64,000 nt of DNA from Longimicrobiales bacterium (GTDB lineage Bacteria; Gemmatimonadota; Gemmatimonadetes; Longimicrobiales; Gaopeijiaceae): contig CBDCNQ010000003.1 in NCBI GenBank assembly GCA_965219445.1, positions 352,001-416,000 on the forward strand, written 5' to 3'. Shown in pieces: positions 1-8,981 of the stretch; within the stretch, counting starts at the first letter, position 1; each line of letters begins with the position of its first letter. The position numbers and the translations under genes are program-made. Under the pieces are notes generated by a model. That model was not told where the DNA came from. It saw only the letters and a program-made list of their open reading frames with translations, and did not search any database.

Positions 1-206
1 TCCAGCGCCGCGTTGAGGGACCCCGCGTCGGTGAACTCCGCACGCACCATCTCAGCACCCAGCCCGGTGAGTTGCTTAGCGGCATCGGATTCAATGTCAC
101 GCGTGATTCCCCGGACGCGGAATCCGCGCTCGAGGAGTAGGCGTGCAACCGATCCCCCTTGCTGCCCTGTGGCCCCGGTCACCAGCACCAATCGGCTGTC
201 GGACAT
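1..206 (-). CDS. NmrA-family NAD(P)-binding protein, N-terminal part (runs off the window edge)
   Basis: Manual translation from ATG at 206 gives MSDSRLVLVTGATGQQGGSVARLLLERGFRVRGITRD (GxxGxxG Rossmann start typical of NmrA/HSCARG); GGAGG RBS upstream. Confidence 0.85.
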   Translation of the reverse strand, partial: MSDSRLVLVTGATGQQGGSVARLLLERGFRVRGITRDIESDAAKQLTGLGAEMVRAEFTDAGSLNAAL

Positions 207-279
207 GATCGATACCTCCATTTAGTAGGCTCGAAGGCCGTGAGTGACCTCACTTGACCCGAGCCGAAAATAATACGAC

Positions 280-310
280 TATTCATTTATTGAATACACA
301 TTCATTGTGT
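280..310. promoter_or_regulatory. Two adjacent inverted repeats, candidate MarR operator between the divergent nmrA and marR genes
   Basis: TATTCA-N5-TGAATA (280-296) and ACACA-N5-TGTGT (296-310) in an AT-rich intergenic stretch. Confidence 0.5.
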
Positions 311-352
311 GATCGACGATTGTCAAGTGGTCCGAACGAAACTGGTGAAGCC

Positions 353-829
353 ATGAAGCTTTCCGATGAGATCAAACAGGCGGAGTTCCCGGACGCGCAC
401 ACGGAAGCCGTGCTGAACCTGCACTTCACCAGCCACTGGCTGTATCGGGTCTTTCAAGAGCAGCTCAAGGAATTCGATATCTCGAATGAGCAGTACAACA
501 TCCTGAGGATCCTTCGCGGCAATCGCGGGAGCACGTACAACCTGTGCGAAGTGCAAGAACGGATGCTGAACCGAACCGCGAACGCGACCCGCCTCGTGGA
601 GAAGCTCCGCAAGCGGGGGTTGGTGAGCCGCCAGCCGAACGAGGAGGACCGGCGACGCGTAGATATCGCCATCACTCAGGAGGGGCTCAGCCTGCTCGCT
701 GAGATGGACCAGCCGACTGAGGAGATGAACCGACGGACGGCAAAGGCCCTCACGAACGAAGAGGCGCGGACCCTGACTCAGCTCCTCGAGCGTCTGAGGG
801 AGCGACTCGACATTGCCAAACTGAGGTGA
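353..829 (+). CDS. MarR-family transcriptional regulator
   Basis: QYNILRILRG...ATRLVEKLRKRGLVSR...DRRRVDIAIT wHTH signature; ATG at 353 preferred over the ORF-track start at 254. Confidence 0.9.
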   Translation: MKLSDEIKQAEFPDAHTEAVLNLHFTSHWLYRVFQEQLKEFDISNEQYNILRILRGNRGSTYNLCEVQERMLNRTANATRLVEKLRKRGLVSRQPNEEDRRRVDIAITQEGLSLLAEMDQPTEEMNRRTAKALTNEEARTLTQLLERLRERLDIAKLR

Positions 830-945
830 CGCCAAGCGTCGAAATCGTGCGACGTCAGATCCTCACACCATAGACTAAAACCAAGCGCCCAGCATGAGCA
901 CTGCGAACCCGAATCCAGTTGGGGTTAGAGGGTCGGTTGTTCTCT

Positions 946-1006
946 CAAGTTCTCCCAGGATTCGACCAGTTTCGGGGAGTTTGGGGTCCCGGTTGGGGTC
1001 CCATGG
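946..1006. repeat. Degenerate copy (R0) of the island arm-type repeat
   Basis: GAGTTTGGGGTCCC-GG-TTGGGGTCCCAT with 12-bp phasing (981-990, 993-1002), preceded by AGTTCTCCCAGG; same orientation as R1-R4. Confidence 0.55.
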
Positions 1007-1109
1007 GTCATGCGACACCGGTTGTCCAGTGCTCAGCGAGGCGGGTCATGCGACGAGAAGCTCGCGTGCAGGACCCTTGGGCACGATGACCCTTCTCGGG
1101 ATGGGTGAC

Positions 1110-2444
1110 TCAGCCCTCCAGGTCGTCCTCTCGACGATAGCGATCTTCCATTTGGAAAAGCACCCGGCGTATCGCGTCGAGTTCAGAAGTGCTCAGATCG
1201 GCCAGCCCGCGCTCGTTAAGCAGGGCCCGCACGCGCGAAGCTTCGGTCTCGGTTCCGGGAAACTGGCACCCGTACCGGTCCAGCCAGTCTATCAGCGTGG
1301 CCCGGTCGTCGGTCGGCGCTTCACGATACTCGGCCTTCAGGTATTGCAGAATGCGGAGTCCGTCGAGCCGCTCGTGGCAGGCGCGGACGAATCGATCCAG
1401 TGTCGTGTGGTTATCGCGCAGCGGTTGCCATGGAGCGTCGGTACTGATCTTGTTCCGCAGGAATTCGTCAAGCGGCGTTTCGACCGGTCCGGCGAACAGT
1501 TCGGGGAAGGCCCTGGTGGTGCGGCTGATCCGGTCGAAGAGTTCCGGAGCATAGAGTGGATAGCGGTCGGAGTATTCGCCTTCGCAGGCGGCGACGATGG
1601 CTTGACCGGTCCCGACGGGAACGCGCCAGGACTTGCGGGTCGCGGGGGTAACCGGGGCGGCGGTCCAATGGAGTACCCGTCCATGTTTGGTCAGTTTCTG
1701 CAGGAAGTAGAAATCCTCACCGCTGGTTCGAGGCGTCAGCCCGCCCACTCTTCGGTAGACGGAAACAGGCACGGCAATTGCCGAGCCGAGCGCAGTGAAG
1801 GAGTAGGGAGACCCGATTCGCCAGAGGTTGAGCGCATAGAAGCGCATGTAGATTTCGTAACCCAGCATCGCGCGGGTGACGGCTCCGTCGTCGGTGAGTG
1901 GATGGTAGTAACGCGCGGCGATGGCACAGGCGGCCGGATGCCGGTTGAAGGAGACGATAAGGGATCGCAGATAACCCGGGGGCGTCAGCGTGTCAGCATC
2001 GAGGCTTACGATGATATCCCGGGGGGCGGCCTCCGCACAGATCGCATCCATCAACTCCTTTCGCGCGTGCCCAACACCGCTCCGCTTCGGTGGCCAGCCC
2101 CGGCCCGGTGAGGAGCGATCGATAATGCGGAGGTCGAGGTCCGTGACGTCGGCAAGCAGATGGAGACAGGCCTGGTTGGCTTCGCACACGGGGCGTCGAT
2201 CCGGCTCGTGTTGCCACGCTTCCGGTTGGTTTACGCATAACCACGTGACAAATCGCACGCCCTCCTGTCGCCGAAGCGCGTCGAGGCAGGCGGGAAGGCA
2301 TTCGAGCTCGTCCTGAACCGGAATGGCGATGTGGACAGTGGCCACAGCTGAACCTCGGCTGACAACTTTTGTCCCCTGGGGGCCCGGCGGCGGGCCGACC
2401 TTCGGGTGCATGTGGTGTCTTCTTGCGTGCGTTTCTCGCGGCAA
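1110..2444 (-). CDS. Glycosyltransferase family 2 (GT-A fold) protein
   Basis: IAIPVQDE start motif, SLDADT (DxD), GGL...SGEDF motif; true start may lie at ~2340-2411. Confidence 0.8.
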   Translation of the reverse strand: MPRETHARRHHMHPKVGPPPGPQGTKVVSRGSAVATVHIAIPVQDELECLPACLDALRRQEGVRFVTWLCVNQPEAWQHEPDRRPVCEANQACLHLLADVTDLDLRIIDRSSPGRGWPPKRSGVGHARKELMDAICAEAAPRDIIVSLDADTLTPPGYLRSLIVSFNRHPAACAIAARYYHPLTDDGAVTRAMLGYEIYMRFYALNLWRIGSPYSFTALGSAIAVPVSVYRRVGGLTPRTSGEDFYFLQKLTKHGRVLHWTAAPVTPATRKSWRVPVGTGQAIVAACEGEYSDRYPLYAPELFDRISRTTRAFPELFAGPVETPLDEFLRNKISTDAPWQPLRDNHTTLDRFVRACHERLDGLRILQYLKAEYREAPTDDRATLIDWLDRYGCQFPGTETEASRVRALLNERGLADLSTSELDAIRRVLFQMEDRYRREDDLEG

Positions 2445-2895
2445 ACTACAACATCGGTGTGGCGAGGGTCAGGCACCGACGCCCCGGTGCGTGCCGGGGC
2501 ACTCTGAAATCGGGTTTACGGAAGGCCAATCGCGCACGATGAAAACCTATGAGGAGGTGCTGGAGAAACTCAGGGGGCTTTCCCCGGCTCGACGGCGTCC
2601 TGTTCCAATCTTCGATCGACCGATCAAGCGGCTTCTCGGTAGTAGTGACTGATGGCCAGTCCTGAGGCGGTGTGGGTGGCCCACAACCGGATCAGAGAGA
2701 CTATGTTGCGCGTATGAGCGACCTCATCATCCGCCCGGACGCAGCCCTCGAAGGCCGCCCAGCGATTGAGCGCCAGAGGAATCGTTGGGTCGCCGGATGG
2801 CACTTCGGTGACACGACCTACGGGAGGGTTTCCCGACCGGTAACCTCCCAGATCCGCCACGCGCATTGATGCGCCTTCCACAAGAGACCACCGCC

Positions 2896-3819
2896 ATGAG
2901 AACCGACACAGCCATCGTCACCATGTTCGTAGCGAGCCTCGCCGCGTGCTCGCCGACAACAGAAGAAGCCGCTCCCGATGAAACTGCCGAAGCGGCGGCG
3001 GCAGCCATCGCCGCTTTTGGCGCGGGCGAAAACGTGTCCCCCTTCGCTATCGGCTCGCTGCAGGCCGCGTCACTGAGAGACGCCGCGTTCGCACCAGCCA
3101 ACGACAACATGACGCTAGCCATTAACGTGACGAAGGCCGATGTGGACGCCCTGCTGACGGCGGCGGGCCTCGCGACCGATGTCCTCCAACTCAGTGTCCA
3201 GCCACTGATCGTCCGCACACCCGACCGCGTGCTGCTGTTCGACACCGGCAACGGCCCGTCCGGAATGCTATCCGCATCGATGGCAACCGCCGGCGTCGAG
3301 CCAGCCGAAGTGACGGACATCTTCATCAGCCACAGCCATGGCGACCACGTCGGCGGGCTTGTGGACGCGGACGGCGCGCTGGCATTCCCCAACGCCGACA
3401 TCCACATCTCGGTCAATGAGTGGGCAGCAATGCAGGCGAACGCACAACTCGCCTCACTAGTGACGGCGATCAATCCAAGGGTTGTGGCGTTTGAGCCCGG
3501 CGCGGATCGTGTGCCGGGCACCGTCAAGGCCGTGGACATCCAGGGGCACACGCCTGGCCACTCTGGCTTCCTCATCACCTCGGGCGAGGCCTCACTACTC
3601 TATATCGGCGACACGATGCACCATTCGGTGATTTCGGTGCAGCGACCCGACTGGACCATCGCCTTCGATGGCGACGCTCCGTTGGCGCAGGAAAGCCGGA
3701 AAGCGGTGCTTGCCTCCGCCGCCGGCTCCGGTCAGCGCGTCTACTCGGTGCACTTCCCTTTCCCGGGTCTTGGCAAGTTCGAGAACCGTGGTCGCACGTT
3801 CGTATGGGTTGCTGAGTGA
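2896..3819 (+). CDS. Metallo-beta-lactamase-fold hydrolase, lipoprotein (lactonase/organophosphate-hydrolase-like)
   Basis: LAAC lipobox, LFDTG, SHSHGDHVGG, GHTPGH, GD and HFPFPG motifs. Confidence 0.85.
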   Translation: MRTDTAIVTMFVASLAACSPTTEEAAPDETAEAAAAAIAAFGAGENVSPFAIGSLQAASLRDAAFAPANDNMTLAINVTKADVDALLTAAGLATDVLQLSVQPLIVRTPDRVLLFDTGNGPSGMLSASMATAGVEPAEVTDIFISHSHGDHVGGLVDADGALAFPNADIHISVNEWAAMQANAQLASLVTAINPRVVAFEPGADRVPGTVKAVDIQGHTPGHSGFLITSGEASLLYIGDTMHHSVISVQRPDWTIAFDGDAPLAQESRKAVLASAAGSGQRVYSVHFPFPGLGKFENRGRTFVWVAE

Positions 3820-4080
3820 CCGCCCGGCTTTCGCCGTTCTGGCGCGCCCGGTACGTCTTGGTGCCCTCCGAGTTAAGTCTGTTCCGTTTGTATTGGCGGG
3901 TATCGTCGCTGGCGTGCTTCTGACTCCACTCCTTCCGGGCCCAGCGTGGATCGCGGCTATGCTAGGAGCCGGTACGGCGCTGGGACTCTCTCCGTCGCCA
4001 AGGGTGCCGCGCGGCAGGAATTGCCAGAGAACAACCGACCCTCTAATGGGGGGTTCCAAGAACAGGTTTTCGCCACCATA

Positions 4081-4114
4081 GGACTCGAACGACCCACCTC
4101 ACGCTTATGAGGCG
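4081..4114 (-). other. Fragment of a CAT-anticodon tRNA (anticodon loop to T loop), probable att-site remnant
   Basis: Minus strand reads CGC-CTCATAA-GCGTG-AGGTG-GGTCG-TTCGAGTC; no acceptor stem or D arm. Confidence 0.5.
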
Positions 4115-4219
4115 CCTCAGTAGGGGACCGAATCACGGCAGGATGCCGGAAAAACCTAGATGGATCGCGCGATTTGCCGCCTTCGCGATTCTTCGATGCC
4201 GTGATCTGCCGGGTTTAAT

Positions 4220-4240
4220 CGACAGGACAACCGACAGGAC
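4220..4240. repeat. 12-bp-phased direct repeat CGACAGGAC x2 (candidate integrase arm-type sites)
   Basis: CGACAGGAC at 4220-4228 and 4232-4240, ~105 bp from the tRNA fragment. Confidence 0.4.
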
Positions 4241-4288
4241 CCACTCAAATGGTGTGAGGACATGAGCCTCGAGCGCGAGCGACTGATT

Positions 4289-5506
4289 TCACTCGTATCT
4301 CAACGCCTCGATGGGGTCGAGGGCGGCGGCACGCTGAGCAGGATAGAAGCCGAAGAAGATCCCTACCGCGCCCGCGAATCCCAGAGCGAGCAGAACGGTG
4401 GGTAGGGAAACGACCGTGCTCCAGCCCGTCGCGGTGGCGATAGCTCGACTTCCTGCGTAGCCGATCGCCACTCCGGTCAGGCCCCCTATCAGGCTCATCA
4501 CCACGCTTTCGACCAGGAACTGAACCATCACATCCGAGTCGTGTGCGCCAAGCGCCAGACGGAGACCGATCTCTCGGGTTCGTTCGGTCACGGATACCAG
4601 CATGATGTTCATAATTCCGATGCCGCCAACGAGAAGAGAGATGCTGGCGATAGCTGCAAGTAGCATGGTCATGACCTTGGTCGTGCTCTGTGCGGCCTCG
4701 GCCAGTTCACTCTGGTCGCGAACGGCGAAATCGTCCGGCACGTTTCCTGTCAGACCGTGGGTGTCGCGGAGAATCTGCTGGATCTCGACCTGCGCCGCTG
4801 GGACGTCCTCGGGTGAATACGTACTGGCCAGGATCTGGCTGACGAACTGCCGACCCGCCATGCGATTCTGTACGGTCGTGTAGGGGGCGAGGATCACGTC
4901 ATCCTGATCGAGGCCCTCGGCGGTCTGTCCCTTCGGTTCCAGGACTCCGATCACGGTCACCGGTACGTCTCTCAGCCTGAGTTGCTGATCCACCGCGTCT
5001 CCGTTCGGGAAGAGATTCTCGGCAACCGTGTATCCGAGGACCACTTCCCTCCTGATCGACCGGACGTCGTCCGCGTCGAAGAAGGCACCCTGAATCACGT
5101 CCCAGTCACGAATGATCTGGTAGTCGTAGTCGACCCCCAACATTGGGGTGCGCCAGTTCCCTGTGCCGCCGACCACCTGTGTGAATGTCTGAATGACGGG
5201 CGAGACCGCAGCGAGGAGAAAACCCTGAGCCTGGATGGCTTCCGCGTCTTCCACCGTCAATCGGGCGATGCTTTGGGCGCCCAAGCTCACGCCCCCCTGT
5301 GCCGTCGACTCCGACGTGACGACGAGCATGTTCGTTCCGAGATTCTGGATCTGCCTCTCGATCTGGCCTTGCGCGCCGGCGCCGATCGCAACCATCACGA
5401 TCACCGCTCCGACACCGATGATGATTCCGAGCATCGTCAAAAGTGTCCGCATCTTGTTCTTCATGATGCTGACGCCAGCCACCTTGATGAGGTTTCTGGC
5501 TTTCAT
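4289..5506 (-). CDS. MacB/FtsX-family ABC transporter permease
   Basis: RTLLTMLGIIIGV, GGIGIMNIMLVSVTERTREIG, AAALDPIEALRYE. Confidence 0.95.
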   Translation of the reverse strand: MKARNLIKVAGVSIMKNKMRTLLTMLGIIIGVGAVIVMVAIGAGAQGQIERQIQNLGTNMLVVTSESTAQGGVSLGAQSIARLTVEDAEAIQAQGFLLAAVSPVIQTFTQVVGGTGNWRTPMLGVDYDYQIIRDWDVIQGAFFDADDVRSIRREVVLGYTVAENLFPNGDAVDQQLRLRDVPVTVIGVLEPKGQTAEGLDQDDVILAPYTTVQNRMAGRQFVSQILASTYSPEDVPAAQVEIQQILRDTHGLTGNVPDDFAVRDQSELAEAAQSTTKVMTMLLAAIASISLLVGGIGIMNIMLVSVTERTREIGLRLALGAHDSDVMVQFLVESVVMSLIGGLTGVAIGYAGSRAIATATGWSTVVSLPTVLLALGFAGAVGIFFGFYPAQRAAALDPIEALRYE

Positions 5507-6276
5507 GTCACACCCGCCAGCTCGAGTCCCTGAAGCGCCTCGAGGTCTTCCTGGGCGTCCCTTTCAGACACGGGTTCGTCGCGAATGACGTGTCCGTCGC
5601 GAAGCTCGACGATGCGTCCCGTGTACCGAGAAATCTCCGATTCATGAGTCACGATCAGAAGCGTAACCCCTTGAGAGTTGAGATCCTGAAAGAGGGCCAT
5701 GATCTCCAGCGATGTGACCGAGTCGAGGTTCCCCGTCGGCTCGTCTGCGAGCACCAGCGACGGATTGGTCACCAGGGCCCGGGCGATCGCAACACGCTGC
5801 TGCTCGCCTCCCGAGAGCTCCGAAGGGTCGTGGTCCATCCGGTCCGCGAGCCCAACCCGTTTTAGCGCCTCGGCAGCGAGACGCTTCGTGTCGATATCCC
5901 GTCCAGAACGATCGTAGAGAAGCGGGAGCTCGACGTTCTCTAGTGCGTCTGTGCGCGGAAGAAGGTTGAAGCCCTGGAATACGAATCCGAGCCGCTGGTT
6001 TCGGATGTTGGCCAGCTCATTGTTGCTCAGGGCCTCGACACTCACGCCCTCCACAGCATAGGAGCCTGCCGTGGGGCGGTCCAGGCATCCAAGGATGTTC
6101 ATGAGCGTGGACTTCCCGGACCCTGACGCTCCCATGACGGCGATCATTTCGCCTTGTTCGACCGTCAGGTCCACACCCCGGAGCGCGTGCACCTTCGTGA
6201 GACCCATCGTGAACGTTCTCTCTAGGCCGCGGGCCTCGATCACTTTCGCTGCGCCGTGCATCGTCTCCATCGTCAT
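5503..6276 (-). CDS. MacB/LolD-family ABC transporter ATP-binding protein
   Basis: Walker [34 protein letters not shown]. Confidence 0.95.
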   Translation of the reverse strand: MTMETMHGAAKVIEARGLERTFTMGLTKVHALRGVDLTVEQGEMIAVMGASGSGKSTLMNILGCLDRPTAGSYAVEGVSVEALSNNELANIRNQRLGFVFQGFNLLPRTDALENVELPLLYDRSGRDIDTKRLAAEALKRVGLADRMDHDPSELSGGEQQRVAIARALVTNPSLVLADEPTGNLDSVTSLEIMALFQDLNSQGVTLLIVTHESEISRYTGRIVELRDGHVIRDEPVSERDAQEDLEALQGLELAGVT

Positions 6277-7547
6277 CGTCCCCCGCGCCCGCCACCCGGT
6301 CCCGCTTGAGGTTGCTGTTGGGTTTGGAACGGGTTTTCCACGATCGCGGTCGTCGAGGCGGTCGTCACTGCCGCAATCACCTCAAGTCCTTCGCCAACCT
6401 CGTTCGGTGCGTTCGTGATCACGGTCTGAATGCCATCCGAAAGCCCTGTTCGCACCCGAGCAACAGACAGCTCACCCGTGTCTCTCTGGAACCAGAGGGT
6501 GCCGGCACTCCCCCCGCTCGGTGTCGCGCTCTGGCGACTACCAGTCCGCTGGCGATCGGGAGATCTACCTCCGGTCGCTCGGTCCGGGGCGGGCCCTGAC
6601 GGGTCCCGATCCAGCGTCACCGAGGCCAGCATCTCTTCTGTGGCACGGAATCGCAGCGCGGTGTTAGGAACCATCAATACGTCTTCGGCCGTCTCAATCA
6701 CCACATCGAGGGTCGCGGTCATACCGGGGAGAAGACTTCCATCCTCGTTTCCGACGGCAACCACCACGCTGTATGTGACCACGTTCTCTCGGGTGGTTGC
6801 CTCGAGCCGGACCTGGCGCACTGTACCCTCAAACTGCCGGTCAGGATAAGCCTGTACCGTGAAGTGCACCTTCTGGCCCTCGGCGATCTGGCCGATATCG
6901 CTCTCGTCCACCGAAGCGAGTATCTCCATCTGGGCCAAGTCTTGGGCCAGAACGAACAAAACCGGCGCCGAGAGGCTAGCAGCCACGGTTTGGCCGACCT
7001 CAACGTTGCGCGCCACCACTACTCCAGCGATTGGGGCCCGGATCTCAGTGTATTCCAGGTTCCGTCGCGCGCGCTCCAGGTTGATCTCGGCAGTTCGATA
7101 GCCGGCATCCGCAAGCGCGAACCGGTACTCGGACGCCTCGACATCGTTGACGGCGATAACCCCTTTCCCGTTGAGTTCAACGACACGCTCGAGATCGCGC
7201 CGAGCCTGGTCCAACTCCGCTTGGTTCCGCGCGAGGTTCACCTCGGCCGATCGAACTTCCTGCTCCAGGATCGTCGCATCGATGCGAGCAACGAGTTGTC
7301 CCTGCGGGACGCGGTCGTTGAAGTCCGCGTAGATCTCGGCAATCTGACCCGATACCTGGGTCCCTACCTCCACCGTCTCCGTGGCCTGGAGAGCCCCCGT
7401 GGCTGTCACTGTGGACTCCAAGTCTCCCCGGGTCACCTCGACAAACCGATACGTGGTGCCAGCCGAGCCGGTCCGCACGGTGAGCGCCCAAATCAGACTC
7501 GCTACCAGAATCAATATGCCAGCCGTCCATACTCTTCCGGGCATCAT
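6273..7547 (-). CDS. MacA/HlyD-family periplasmic adaptor (membrane fusion protein)
   Basis: N-terminal TM, VEVGTQVSGQI, IRAPIAGVV...VEVGQTV, VDESDIGQI, LLPGMTA. Confidence 0.93.
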   Translation of the reverse strand: MMPGRVWTAGILILVASLIWALTVRTGSAGTTYRFVEVTRGDLESTVTATGALQATETVEVGTQVSGQIAEIYADFNDRVPQGQLVARIDATILEQEVRSAEVNLARNQAELDQARRDLERVVELNGKGVIAVNDVEASEYRFALADAGYRTAEINLERARRNLEYTEIRAPIAGVVVARNVEVGQTVAASLSAPVLFVLAQDLAQMEILASVDESDIGQIAEGQKVHFTVQAYPDRQFEGTVRQVRLEATTRENVVTYSVVVAVGNEDGSLLPGMTATLDVVIETAEDVLMVPNTALRFRATEEMLASVTLDRDPSGPAPDRATGGRSPDRQRTGSRQSATPSGGSAGTLWFQRDTGELSVARVRTGLSDGIQTVITNAPNEVGEGLEVIAAVTTASTTAIVENPFQTQQQPQAGPGGGRGGR

Positions 7548-7690
7548 CCGTTCTCCGTCTCCAATTTGGTGATCCCACGTCTAGTATGGTTTAGATAGCG
7601 CGGAAGCTCCTTGCGTTAAGTCCCCAATGCTGGATTCGGCGACCTCCCTCTCGCTCATGCAGCGTGAGGTCATGCGGTGCTCAAGACCGA

Positions 7691-7834
7691 TTAGCCTCTC
7701 AGCAGCCGGTCCAACCTCGCAGCCGACTCCTCCTGCATGCCCGGGAGGACGTGCGAATAGGTATCCCTCGTCAGCGTGATCGACGCGTGCCCGAGCATCT
7801 CTTGCACCACCTTCGGATGCTCGCCGTTGACGAG
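7691..7834 (-). pseudogene. Tyrosine integrase C-terminal remnant (~47 codons)
   Basis: LVNGEHPKVVQEMLGHASITLTRDTYSHVLPGMQEESAARLD matches the box II LGH...Y catalytic tail; upstream part replaced by repeat R1. Confidence 0.85.
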
Positions 7835-7844
7835 CCTTACCTGG

Positions 7845-7922
7845 AGTTCCCCTCCCATCCACCGAGTTCCCGCCAGGCAACCCGAGTTTTTGGGGTACCA
7901 CTTGGGGTCCCATAGGCCCCTT
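7845..7922. repeat. Island arm-type repeat R1
   Basis: GAGTTCCCGCCAGGCAACCCGAGTTTTTGGGGTACCACTTGGGGTCCCATAGGCCCCTT. Confidence 0.9.
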
Positions 7923-7927
7923 CCGGC

Positions 7928-7977
7928 GGCTGCTCGGCGCGCAGCGCCGAGCCAACTCCCATTGGAGGTTATGAGCC
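7928..7977 (-). mobile_element. Truncated integron attC-like site
   Basis: Minus strand GGCTCATAAC (R'') then ATGGGAGTTG and the hairpin GCTCGGCGC-TGC-GCGCCGAGC; right half missing; R'' complements GTTATGCGCC upstream of the gene at 9 of 10 positions. Confidence 0.55.
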
Positions 7978-8001
7978 GTTCTTGCGTTGCCCGCAGCCAC
8001 C

Positions 8002-8568
8002 TCAATGGGTGACGAAGTAGTACCACGGTCCTTCGATCCTCTCCACCTGGCCGATGGACCGGCCAAGAAACGGCGATCCATATGGGAGAGGCTGATCCCG
8101 GAAGTATATCGTTCCGTATAGGTGATCGAGCATTCCGCCCTGAACGAAGGCGACGTACCCATCAGTCACCTCTAGCCTCGTGTCGAGAGGCGCCCCGCTG
8201 TCCAGCCGAACCGCGCTATCAGCCCGTTCCATACTGGCCCACGAGCGCCGTACGACTTCCTCCATTGCATTTCTGTTTACTCGCAGGTTGAGCCGCGCAC
8301 CAGCAAGGCCTGATACGCCCACGGAAAAGAGCATCGCCAATAATCCCAGCCCCAGGACGCAGCCGGCCAAGCCAATCTTTTTCCAGGTAGGTCTCACCAT
8401 CGAGAGGACTATTAGTGCCCCACTCGTTACCACGAACGTCAATCCGCCGCAGATCATCAACCAGAATGACCATTCCCTAGCGACGATGGTGAGGAGATTA
8501 CCCAGAAACACGCTCATAGCGCCGATGCCGAGCAGCACCAGGGTAGCAACGTATCCACGCTTGGACAT
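8002..8568 (-). CDS. Hypothetical membrane protein (3 TM plus soluble C-terminus), cassette-like gene
   Basis: ATG at 8568 with GAGG RBS; three hydrophobic stretches; ends IEGPWYYFVTH. Confidence 0.75.
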   Translation of the reverse strand: MSKRGYVATLVLLGIGAMSVFLGNLLTIVAREWSFWLMICGGLTFVVTSGALIVLSMVRPTWKKIGLAGCVLGLGLLAMLFSVGVSGLAGARLNLRVNRNAMEEVVRRSWASMERADSAVRLDSGAPLDTRLEVTDGYVAFVQGGMLDHLYGTIYFRDQPLPYGSPFLGRSIGQVERIEGPWYYFVTH

Positions 8569-8877
8569 TGTTCTACCTCTAACCCAGGGACAACGGCGGC
8601 AGTCGCGCCGCGCCAACGGCATCGTGCCTAAAGACACGCCACCCGATCAGATGAAGAATCTAATCCAAGCGAGAATGGCGCATAACTCGTTGTTTGCGTA
8701 GCCTCATGTCGCCTGCCCCTCCCACCCTAATGGGTTTTGCGACGGGGGTGTCGGTTCAGCGTCGTCCCCGTGGGGAGGCCCGTGTGTGCTCCCGCCCGCG
8801 ACCTCGGACCTGGCAGGGCGTCCCCAGGGCGTCTTGTGCCGAGACTGGTCGCCCCTTTCCCGGGGCCAGAAACGCGC

Positions 8878-8964
8878 AGTTCCCCTCCCCTCCGCTGAGT
8901 TACCGCCACGTAACCCGAGTTCTTGGGGTACCACCTGGGGTACCATAGGCCCCTTTTCGCCCCT
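8878..8964. repeat. Island arm-type repeat R2
   Basis: GAGTTACCGCCACGTAACCCGAGTTCTTGGGGTACCACCTGGGGTACCATAGGCCCCTTTTCGCCCC. Confidence 0.9.
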
Positions 8965-8981
8965 ACCCCACAGACGATCCG

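Noticed and set aside
2520..2869. Short ORF pieces (MKTYEEVLEKLRG..., MSDLIIRPDA...) that might be toxin-antitoxin remnants
   Set aside because: Too short and degenerate to assign without a homology search.
3668..4081. 137-aa ORF with a hydrophobic stretch
   Set aside because: Overlaps the MBL gene end and has no credible start; at most a gene fragment.
860..4260. 12-bp inverted repeat TCCTCACACCAT (860-871) / ATGGTGTGAGGA (4249-4260) as transposon ends
   Set aside because: No transposase or target duplication seen, and one 12-bp match in a region this size can arise by chance.
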